A stretch of DNA of 64,000 nt, taken from contig CM060731.1 in NCBI GenBank assembly GCA_030704615.1, forward strand, positions 80,786,001 through 80,850,000. Reading direction: 5' to 3'. A program made the translations under genes and the position numbers. This DNA is from Takakia lepidozioides. Its lineage: Eukaryota; Plantae; Bryophyta. Below the pieces are notes generated by a model. It saw only the letters and a program-made list of their open reading frames with translations. It was not told where the DNA came from and made no database searches. This document shows positions 1-9,680 of the stretch, piece by piece (position 1 is the first letter of the stretch; each line of letters starts with the position of its first letter).

Positions 1-56
1 TACTGTCTTTCTTTTATTTGGCATTGAATCAGCTTGCTCCTGTCAACAACACACAG

Positions 57-1634
57 GATGTGGCAGATGTACTGGCGGCTCTTGACCAAGTTGTCGAGAA
101 TGGGCTGGCAGACCCAACAAAAGTTGCAGTCTTGGGGGGCTCCCATGGGGGCTTCCTTGCCTCACACCTCATTGGCCAGGCATGGAGCATCATTCTGTCT
201 CCTTATTTTGATCAACTATTTTAGCTTGACTACATGTGCACTTAAGCAGCCTTGTTTGCTAGTGATGCTAACACAGTGGATGTCGATTCTTTTTGGCAGT
301 CAAGCTGAATTGATCCTTCAAAATAAACGCAGTTTTTAACATGTGCACTGGTTGTTTTTCCCCTTATATTTTGACTCGTCATTTTTGGCTCTGGGCGTCC
401 AGGCACCTGACCGATTTACTACAGCCATACTTAGAAATCCTGTGTGCAATGTGTCATCAATGGTTGGCATCACGGACATCCCTGACTGGTGTTACGTGGA
501 AGCCTTTGGCAAGGAGGGCTTAAGTACCTACTCAGAGGCACCCTCTGCTAATGATCTGAGCATGCTCTATCAATGCTCGCCTATCTCTCACCTTTCCAAG
601 GTATGCTGTCATCTTCAGTCCATAGTAATGCAAATATATGCTACTGTGATAGGCAAAGTCAGGCACATTTGATTTTGGCCCATGTCACCTTTAGAGGTGG
701 TGGTGAATGCTACAGCCACTTCTGAGTCAAGTAAACCCACAAATGTAGTTGCTGCAATAAATTTATTGTTTGAATATCAAGGATATTTGTAGTATCATGA
801 ATAGTCCATAACATGGAGCGTTTATCTTAGTGCATGGGTCCAGTTCTTTCAAAGTCCAATTGAACCCTTGCCTCCAGTAGTTGCTGGGTCCGGTATGTAG
901 TTTCGAATCATTAAGTGGAGTCGAGATGCTTCACCGTATGAATGACATCCTCTCTATGCAGGTGAAGGTGCCGACATTGTTTTTGCTTGGAGCCCAAGAT
1001 CGTAGGGTGCCAGTTTCCAATGGATTCCAGGTAATGTTTCCAATGGAAACCCTCAGATTCAAGCAGCATTGTGAATTCTTTGGAAAAGTCAAACAGGTAA
1101 GAGGAAGACTTATTTTACCTGCCAGGGTTGTTCAACAAGATGAATGGATAAACACAACGGGACCAGGATCGGTAGCAGTTGGCTCATTTATTTCACAGCT
1201 CACAGATTAAACTAATGGTGGGTGGCAATTCGTGACACGTGTCCTTAATTTGGCCAACCCTGGCTGTATTATCAAATAGATTTGTGGCCTTTATCACAGC
1301 TATTGTGTTATTGTGGAAGCAGTATGTACATGCGTTGCGGGCCCAGGGGCTGGAGGTGAAACTCATTCTTTTCCCGGAAGATGTGCACTCCATTGACAGG
1401 TACCTCCCATTGTGCTCCTTTCTGAATCTGATCACAAGGTGGAATAGGGATATGTATGGTGACAATATTGACTCAAAATGAAATGCAGTACAGTATCTTT
1501 TGTGTTTAGCAGTTCAAAACAGTCCCAAGACTAATAATTTACTGATGTACAAGTACGGCCCTTCTGGGTGCAGGCCCCAATCTGAGTTCGAGAGCTTTCT
1601 CAACACTGGAACTTGGCTGAAGAGATTCACCTAA
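57..1634 (+). CDS. AARE: Acylamino-acid-releasing enzyme (prolyl oligopeptidase family S9), last 5 exons; the 5' part lies outside the window
   Basis: Exons 57-179, 403-600, 962-1030, 1323-1399 and 1574-1634 splice in frame. The product carries the S9 catalytic triad contexts GGSHGG (Ser), GAQDRRVP (Asp) and FPEDVHSI (His), and ends PQSEFESFLNTGTWLKRFT*. The intron at 180-402 has a GC donor; the others are GT-AG. Confidence 0.93.
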
Positions 1635-2681
1635 TTATTGATGGTGGGAAAATAATTATTGGTGTTGCCTCCCTAATAAGTCCACATGAGCTATATTGCC
1701 CTTGGGCGGGTACATAATACATGCGGGAGAGGTGGCTATACATTAGTGCTTTTACTGTTTGATTTCATTCACCCTTTCCAATGGAATCAGAAGAGATTGT
1801 GACGGGAGCGCTTGGATGTGTATGTCGTCATCCCTGCCATCCCTTTTGATTTTTTGACATCATTGAAATGTTTTGCCATCTTCTTTTGATGACTCTGGGG
1901 CAAGTGCAATGATGTCAAAGAGTAATGTTGAGGAGCCCCACTGTGAACGAGTCTGCTTACCACAATCAGTGCGTAATTACGTAATCTAGATTCCAATTCA
2001 GGGATTCCAATTCAGGACATCGGTCTTCAATTTCTTGTGCTAGAACTATTTGTACCAGTTGGGCTAAAAATTGCAGTGAGAGAGTTCTTGTTAGTTGGTT
2101 ACCATTACGCATCTTGTGATGCTCATCCAATGCACGAGAGATCATCTATTCTGAACAACAATCAACAGGATCCAGTGCCAGATTCATTGGCAGATAAAAA
2201 TGAGTCACATAATGCTGAAATGAGAAGCAGTCATGGAGGAAGATGCAAAAATTAATGAAATGGGCTCCATAAGAGCTTCTGGAATTGCTGTCATGAGTCA
2301 CTGGAATTGAGGACTTCATAAGGCTCCATGACGGCTCTCAGCTTCCAGGCATTGCATAGGGCTTACACTCTTGATTTGATGTGTGAAGAGTTACCTCAAC
2401 TGAGTTCTTGGTACTCACAAGCCATGAAACCAGCACAAGGGGTACCTAGCTAACAAGCACATGGTTACAAATCCCCATTGCTTTTCAGTAAACACATTTC
2501 CACGAGTTGCAAGTTGACTACAACAGGCGAAGTGTAAAGCTGAGGTCACTTTAACCTCTCCATAGATGGATTATCACTTCCAGTTTCATACGGGAACCTT
2601 CTGTGGTCACTGACAGTGGTCGAAAATGCTCTCTAAGAAATGTCGTTGTATTAAATGGTCACATAATCCGAGTGACAGGAG

Positions 2682-5600
2682 TTAATGAAAAATCTGGGCT
2701 GATGCATAGTATTCACTTTCCTTGAAGACTGGCCGCAAATCTTCATCAGACATGAATTCGAGGGGAAACAGCACAAGTTGGCCACGAATTGCATCTAATT
2801 GGGTCCCTTGGCTGCTCAAAAATGTACCATTCTTGTCGAGTACCTCTGGGGCTATGCCAAGGTCCATGCTTGCATGCCCAACCTTCTCCTTCCGTTGGGC
2901 CACTGCTTGCCGAAGAGCAACCCTGGAATGTATTTGATCAGAAGGGATGCACCCAAACACAGACCCAAAAATTGCAGTATTTATCTGAGCTCTCGACATC
3001 CACACAGCCTTGTAAGTGGCATCACACACAGGATCCTTTACCACATGTGCCTCTGAAGGTCGTACACCTAGATGCTCTGCCCACAGAGCCACACGCAACG
3101 AGTGAGCAAATCGACCAGCCCTCCAGGCTTTGCCATTCATGGTTGAATTCACACACTCATCATCCTCCAACACCACAGCAATTTCCGAATCGCGAGAACC
3201 CAGCAAACTTCTGTCATTGAGATTTGCAGAGCCTATCAATACGGATCGATCGTCTACTATCATTATCTTGCTGTGCACATATATCTGGCTTGTGGCCAAT
3301 GGGCCCTCTTCACTGAGCCTTCCATGACTCCGGAGTCCATAGAAGGAGACATAGTTTTCTACTTCAGACCCTAGGTCATCATATAGGCGTTGCAGCAAGG
3401 AATGTCTCCCCCGGCAAATTGTGCGATACTGCCAGTGCATAATCGCTCTCACCGATGCAGCACCCCCATCATCCAGTCCCCCCTGAAACCCAGGCAACAA
3501 AGGCAAGACCACAATGACCCGGAAACATCGCCCATCCCTGTGTGCGCTCATAATCTGGCTGTAGAGAGCTTGAAGTACACGATTATGGATAGTATCATCC
3601 CCATCTAGGCCTGAGATAAAAAACTGGTTCTCAATATAAATAAAGTGCTCAGCTTTCTGAATGAGTGAACAATATGCCGCATGGATGCTTCTCTCCTCCA
3701 GCTGGCTTGTACCTGCTGACCATTGCCCCACACTTCGTATCACCTGGCATCGGCATGGTGTACGTGGGCCAACCTCACCACTTCTGTCAAGATTGGCTAC
3801 CTGCCCAAGTTCCCCACCTTCTGGCTCCCACCACTCCCTGTCAATGCAGACATCCCCATTCCTTATACTCAGCTGCTCTTTCAGCCTCTCCCCTCCCTGC
3901 TGCTTCCTCTCGGAATCCCTTCTCGTATCTGGATCTTCCACAAAATCACGCATTGGCACATCTGATGACAACGGCTTGTGCTCATTATTTGAATATGGGA
4001 CAACTCCACCAAGCAATGGTGAAATACCAATCGACTCTCTTGGGCTTCCTTCCCACCCAACATTGTTCCCCATATTCGCTTCTTGCTCCTCCTCTTTAGG
4101 AAGTAGCAAGGGTATGTCTGTATAGGAGGATCGCGCAGACAACAAATGCTGTTTGTCTGAAGCTTGCCGCTGAAGCTCATGTTCTGCCTCCATCAGAGCC
4201 TCTGTCTCCTCACAGCCTGTCAAATAGTGCGGGATAACCATGTGCTGTTGGGGCAAAAGTAGAGGAATTGCTTGCTCATGTGGCGCCTTATTCCTCTTTG
4301 CATAATTCCACCGCTGCACAAAATGTCTTGCAACGTCCCGACAAGGGGGACCCCACAGCGCACACTGAACATCGTGCCAGGGCATCCGTGGGAACTTCTG
4401 CCGATCAAGCTCATCCTTCAAGGTTTCATCCCATGAGGTGGGCTCTGATTCCCTTGGATTATAGTAGTCTTTGCCAGGCCATGTAAACGGAGGTTGATCC
4501 CGCACCTTGTGCTCAGGAGTGTCATAACGTCCAAAGCACAGGTCAAGCCCTCCCAAGAAACAAACGTGATGGTCCACAATCACAACCTTCTCATGGTGCG
4601 ACCAAAGGTAGACACCAGATGAGAAGTGGTCGGGATAGCGCAGCACCTTGATGTTTTCGTGGATACTGAGAAGCCGTTGCTTGGTGTAGTTGCTGTTAAT
4701 TTTCAAGGCCAGAGCAACCTCCTTGTACAAAAGGACATAGATCTGCACACCCATCTTTGCTTTCCTTTCCAGCAGGCAGTCCAGTCGAGAGGCTTCGTGA
4801 GCACAGAAAGGTCGACGTAGGTAAAGTTCTGGGCATACCCACCAACCTGCTATAAATATCTCTGACTTGGCATCTTCAATGGCCAAGGCAATCGCCTCAA
4901 AGGCTGCCTTGCCATCAACAAACCATTGGGCCTCACTGCCATCAGAGGCCAAACCCCTTGGGGGTGCAAACGACCCAAACCTGTGTGGATGGCACCACCC
5001 CTCTGGAGGTCTAAGTCCTGCATCATTGATACCTGCTACCCAGTCACGCGCACTGCCTGCTCGTCTTGTCCGAATTTTCACCACCCGATTGCCACACGTC
5101 ACCACAAAACTGAAGCGCAAAGGATTTCGCTCCTTTCCAAGTCTTGCAAGTGCAATGAGGCCCTCTGTGGCACCCCGGTCAGAAGGGGCAAGCACATCAA
5201 ACACAATGATGTCTAAAGGTCTGGCATTAGATGGATCTGCAAGAAGGGCTAGGAATCCAGGCTTCAGCACAGCCCATACCTGCTGCCAATTCCTATTGCA
5301 CGAACAACATGATTTCCAACAGTCCGAGCACCCATTTGAATCATCCTCCCTGATTATCTTTGGAAGATGTTGCACCATCACATAGCCTTCTCTTAGCTTA
5401 GTTCCATACTCCGCTGCAAAGGACAGTTTAGAGACTTCTAAGAACCTGCAAACCTCCTTAGTGTTCACTATGTCCAAACTTTCCAGAAAATGGTTGAGAT
5501 AGTGTTGCATAGCGGATGCGGCCCGCTGAGAAATGGTGGGAAGGCGCCCCAGAGTAGGGCGCATGACTGGTAGTGCTGCACTAGAAGGTACATCTCTTCG

Positions 5601-6071
5601 TGAGGAAGGGACGTTATCATCTTGCTCATCATCTTCATGTGAGTGGAGACCTACTCCAGAAGCCGAATGCTCCCCAAGCCCAAGGTTTTGCACCCATTCT
5701 CTAACATGCTCCTGCCTTTCTTGGAGATCTTCAAGTAGCGCCCGTTTCTTCAAGGCCAGGTGAAGGAACAAAACTTGGGTTGCTCTCCTCTCTAGCTGCC
5801 ATTTAAATTGCTTGTATTCCAATTCAATGCTGTAAAGCAGCTGGAAGGCCCGGCTGATGTCATTGCCCTCCAACCTGGACACCTCTACAATTCTCGCCTT
5901 GGGCAGCTCGTCAAAAAAGGGGTCATTATCCAAGGTGCCAGATGGGGAGGGAGGGTTCAGTGGCGAGCCTCGGACATGTGCATACTGGAAGCCTGAGCCC
6001 ACGGCTCCTGCCTCCCTGTCCTTCGCCAGCTTGCCTCCCTTCTTTCCAGAAAAAGTCTGCAAGAGCTGCAT
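2682..6071 (-). CDS. PLDzeta: Phospholipase D zeta (PX-PH-PLD), 1129 aa, CDS in a single exon
   Basis: Uninterrupted ORF. It has an N-terminal PX region (FFDELPKARIVEVSR...YKQFKWQL), a PH region (WQQVWAVLKPGFLALL), two HKD motifs (HHEKVVIVD, VHSKIMIVD...GSANLNDRS), the IYIENQFF motif and the C-terminus EYYASAQIFH. Confidence 0.97.
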   Translation of the reverse strand: MQLLQTFSGKKGGKLAKDREAGAVGSGFQYAHVRGSPLNPPSPSGTLDNDPFFDELPKARIVEVSRLEGNDISRAFQLLYSIELEYKQFKWQLERRATQVLFLHLALKKRALLEDLQERQEHVREWVQNLGLGEHSASGVGLHSHEDDEQDDNVPSSRRDVPSSAALPVMRPTLGRLPTISQRAASAMQHYLNHFLESLDIVNTKEVCRFLEVSKLSFAAEYGTKLREGYVMVQHLPKIIREDDSNGCSDCWKSCCSCNRNWQQVWAVLKPGFLALLADPSNARPLDIIVFDVLAPSDRGATEGLIALARLGKERNPLRFSFVVTCGNRVVKIRTRRAGSARDWVAGINDAGLRPPEGWCHPHRFGSFAPPRGLASDGSEAQWFVDGKAAFEAIALAIEDAKSEIFIAGWWVCPELYLRRPFCAHEASRLDCLLERKAKMGVQIYVLLYKEVALALKINSNYTKQRLLSIHENIKVLRYPDHFSSGVYLWSHHEKVVIVDHHVCFLGGLDLCFGRYDTPEHKVRDQPPFTWPGKDYYNPRESEPTSWDETLKDELDRQKFPRMPWHDVQCALWGPPCRDVARHFVQRWNYAKRNKAPHEQAIPLLLPQQHMVIPHYLTGCEETEALMEAEHELQRQASDKQHLLSARSSYTDIPLLLPKEEEQEANMGNNVGWEGSPRESIGISPLLGGVVPYSNNEHKPLSSDVPMRDFVEDPDTRRDSERKQQGGERLKEQLSIRNGDVCIDREWWEPEGGELGQVANLDRSGEVGPRTPCRCQVIRSVGQWSAGTSQLEERSIHAAYCSLIQKAEHFIYIENQFFISGLDGDDTIHNRVLQALYSQIMSAHRDGRCFRVIVVLPLLPGFQGGLDDGGAASVRAIMHWQYRTICRGRHSLLQRLYDDLGSEVENYVSFYGLRSHGRLSEEGPLATSQIYVHSKIMIVDDRSVLIGSANLNDRSLLGSRDSEIAVVLEDDECVNSTMNGKAWRAGRFAHSLRVALWAEHLGVRPSEAHVVKDPVCDATYKAVWMSRAQINTAIFGSVFGCIPSDQIHSRVALRQAVAQRKEKVGHASMDLGIAPEVLDKNGTFLSSQGTQLDAIRGQLVLFPLEFMSDEDLRPVFKESEYYASAQIFH

Positions 6072-8207
6072 GATATAAATATCAGGCTGTCAAGAAAAGC
6101 GATAATCTCTAGAAGGAGCTACAATTAAGAAGTCAACTGGCCGGTGTGTAGTATCAACAGGGTAAAATTGAATGCTTTCACTTTCTGAATTATGCAATTA
6201 CTTGCATCACTTAAAGTCCAGAATATTGCCCATCCATAGGCAAAGTGAAATGAGAGAATAAATACACGACACCAACTGTAGCCCCCTAGCTCCCGCACTT
6301 CCATGGCCTTTTCTCCTAGTTCACAGTGGTGGATATCTGATTAATTGAAGATACCAGCCACCAAACGCAAGTAAACCCATGTTCTTGACCAGAGCTATAT
6401 CATGATGTAACCTCCCCCAAACCACCAAATTGACTTTCCACTTCAAAATTCAACCAATTATCCTTCCAAAGACTATGTCAAGTTCACACTTGGTGAATAT
6501 CTCCAGTCCAACCAAACTGATCTTCCACTTCAACAATCAACGAATTCTCCAAAGACCAATGCGTCAAGGCGCTTCTCAATAAAGATCGACTGGCGCAAAG
6601 CTAGATTGTGAATGACGACAAATAATCCGTGCACAAAGAAGGTCAACACAGAAACACACCTAAAAGCGGCAGATCTTCGCCGACAAACAGTGCAGATTGA
6701 TAGGTCATGCGTTCCTTCTGAGAGTGAGGAGAACTTCGGAAATGGAGTGGATGGAAAGGCCACAAAGTCCCAATAACTCCCTCCCGCAGCTTCGATGTGC
6801 CCCAATCTTGAGAGCCGCATACTGCCTCTACCCGCGCATCAGTGTGTGCCTTCCGTCAGATGAAGACGAAAAACTCGAAACTAGAAGTCCAGAACCGGAA
6901 ACGCGGATACAATGATAGCTCCCGATACGGCTGCGACCGCAGCCAAGCTACACTGCAGAAAAACCTAAACAGACCTGAACTTCCAAAGATCGCTCAGCTC
7001 TGGCTCTTCTTGTTAACACAACCCGGGCAGCACCTTTCCGATTCCATGCATCTGCACCTAAATTTTCCGAGGTCTACAGATTTCCAAGACGGATGCGGTG
7101 AAGCGTCAACATTCTGCCAGGTCAGAAAACAGTCACCGAAAGGATGCAAAACGACATACGGGCCGATACCACTGCAGTCTGTCAAACTTTCCAGCAATTC
7201 ATGAGATCGCTTCAGAATCAAGCTACGTGGCTACCCTTGCGCCTATGATGCCTGCACAGCAAACCCAGCAGCGTCACGCTGCCTCCCACCACCCACACCA
7301 CTCTGCCATGTGGAAACCAGATGACTCCCTCGTACATACCCCCACTCCGAGGTCGCAACTGCCAAGTCACTCGACTCCATCTCCTGTAGGTCGCAGCATT
7401 GCCTTCTCCCTACCCCCTTGTTCCGCTCCTCCCCCTCCTCACTGTCCTTGCGAGGCCCACCACCATCCCCGCAACCAAAGCTCCACCTTCTTCCTCTCTA
7501 CATGCCTCCCACGCACCAACCATGGCCTACATCCATCCCAAACGGATGAATGCCTCTGTGAACGGGACCAAATAGTTTAGTTCCCACTTCTAGACGCTTC
7601 TTCGGCCTCAAAATAATCTCAACCATCAATCAATGTTGTATAGACGGCTGAGCATCACCCACGCAGATCCTGGACAGATTTCGACGAGTGATACGTGTAT
7701 GGGAATACAGTCAGCACGTTACAGATATCCTCGTACATACATCCAATTAGGCACGTGTTTTTTATTTCATCCATGTTATGGGATTCATTACTGGTCGTCC
7801 CCGGTCAATGGATGACTTCATCCAACTGGTGATTAGTTAATGTTTGATACATAGGGGTAAAGATGTGAAGCGAATGGGAGAATCCCACGTCATCAATGGA
7901 GACGCGCGGTGATAGGTGCGGACCCAGAGAGAGTTTTGGTGTCTCTCTCTCGCTCGCTGGCTGGCTGGCTGGCTGGCTGCGCTGGAGCTGTGTCGTCATG
8001 GCTTGGCTCCCTTTGGTCCTCGCAGCGTCTCAAGCGGTGTGGAGCATAGCTGCTGCTGACCGGCCCATCTGTTGTGAAGACGGTGGTGAACATGTGCGGA
8101 CGGTGTGTGCTGTGCCTGCAGCTTTTGCCTGTGTGTGTCTGATCCGTGAGTAAGTAGGCGAGTTTACAGCGAAATAGGACGTCGTGTTGTGGGATTAGAG
8201 TGCAGAG

Positions 8208-9680
8208 ATGCCGATGGAGGTGTGGCCGAAGGATGATGAGAGCAGCATCACGCTGCGATTGGCGCCTCCGCTCCGTCTCGAAGCTGATGGTGCAGGGATG
8301 CCGATGGAGGTGTGGCTGAAGGAAGATGAGACCAGCGATGTGACGCTGCGTTTGGTTCCATTGGAGCCGGGACACTCAGAACGTTGTCAAGGGCAAGACG
8401 AAGCGGAGAAAGGACCTCCTTTCAAAAAGCCGAGGAAGCAGGGGCCTTTAGACCCCTGTCGAGCGGAATCTCAGGATCAAGGTCAGTCGTCGAAGAAGCA
8501 GGCAAAACAGGGACCAGCGGTGGCCACTCTCCACCTCCACTCTGCCTACCTGCGCCGCTGTCAATATTTCGATGCGTGCCTGGCCGAGCGCTGGTCCAAC
8601 AAGAATGACCTTCCGCTCGATCTCACGTTGGAGGCCCGCTGCAATCCTCGCGCTTACACACGGTGTATGCAGCTTCTCTACTCCCAGGAAGTAACCCCTG
8701 CCTCGTTTGAGAATGTGGCTCATGCCACTGAAGTCTTGCCTGTAGCGGCGCAGCTTGTGTTTCAGGAGTGTGTGGATGCCTGCATGCGCTACTTGGCTGA
8801 CATGCCGTGGGGTGCTGTCGATCTCTCTGCCATTCGATCAGCAGTCTCCTCTTTTCAGATTGCTCCCATACCTGATTTGGCTGCTCGACTCGGGACTGTA
8901 GGAAGCCTTGCTCGTGACAGCTCATTGGATTCCTTGAAGAGAGTGCTAGAGACCCTACTCCTCAAAAGCATGCAGTTGGATCTTCATTCGCAGACACTTG
9001 AGGCGAAAGTGCTTGAAAACAGAGCAGCATGTGAGAAGTTGCTGCAATTGGCGATGAGGGGTCCGACATTGTGTAAGTCTGTTACTGGTGTTGTAAAAGT
9101 TGCTGTCTATGAAGCATTGAACAGGTCTGTGGAAGATTTTAGGCAGCGAGGTCGGATGTACAGCAATGAGGAATTCTCTGTTGCAGGCAAAGGATTGTTC
9201 TGGTTGTTGAATACGCTTGTGGATTTTGGTATGGCTGAGGAAGCAGCCAGGACCATCTTTGTTGACAGATCCTTCTCTCAGATGCTGTTTGAGATGTGGC
9301 CGCACCTCGATACTAACAGCTACTCTTACTCTGGACTCAACTTTATTCAAGACAGCTGCAACGTTCTTGTTCGCTACCTTGAAATAGTGGCTAAGGGGGA
9401 ATTACGGTTGGAGAACTCTGTTCGACTTGCACTTGTTGAAGCATGGTTGCCAGAGTTGGTGGCCATTGATTTTTGTATCTTCGAAACAACAAAGAAAAGT
9501 GTTGACAAAGCTCTGAATGCTGTTTTAAAGACTCTCCCTCCACTCGAGCAAGAGCAATACCTGTCGAGCTGGCCAACACAAAATTGGCCCAATTTGTCGG
9601 AAGCTTTTGATGCTTGGTGCAGCACAATGTGCTCAAATCTTGCATTTTTTGAGAATGATGATCAGCAACCGCATGCGTAA
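8208..9680 (+). CDS. Plant BTB/POZ-domain protein (At3g50780/At1g63850/At3g05675-like), 490 aa, single-exon CDS
   Basis: The motifs LHLHSAYLRRCQYFDACLAERWS, VLPVAAQLVFQECVDACMRYLADMPW, RLALVEAWLP and LKTLPPLEQEQ...W...WPNLSEAFDAWC match this family. A 5'UTR intron is probable (donor ~8146-8149, acceptor at 8204-8205). Confidence 0.82.
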   Translation: MPMEVWPKDDESSITLRLAPPLRLEADGAGMPMEVWLKEDETSDVTLRLVPLEPGHSERCQGQDEAEKGPPFKKPRKQGPLDPCRAESQDQGQSSKKQAKQGPAVATLHLHSAYLRRCQYFDACLAERWSNKNDLPLDLTLEARCNPRAYTRCMQLLYSQEVTPASFENVAHATEVLPVAAQLVFQECVDACMRYLADMPWGAVDLSAIRSAVSSFQIAPIPDLAARLGTVGSLARDSSLDSLKRVLETLLLKSMQLDLHSQTLEAKVLENRAACEKLLQLAMRGPTLCKSVTGVVKVAVYEALNRSVEDFRQRGRMYSNEEFSVAGKGLFWLLNTLVDFGMAEEAARTIFVDRSFSQMLFEMWPHLDTNSYSYSGLNFIQDSCNVLVRYLEIVAKGELRLENSVRLALVEAWLPELVAIDFCIFETTKKSVDKALNAVLKTLPPLEQEQYLSSWPTQNWPNLSEAFDAWCSTMCSNLAFFENDDQQPHA

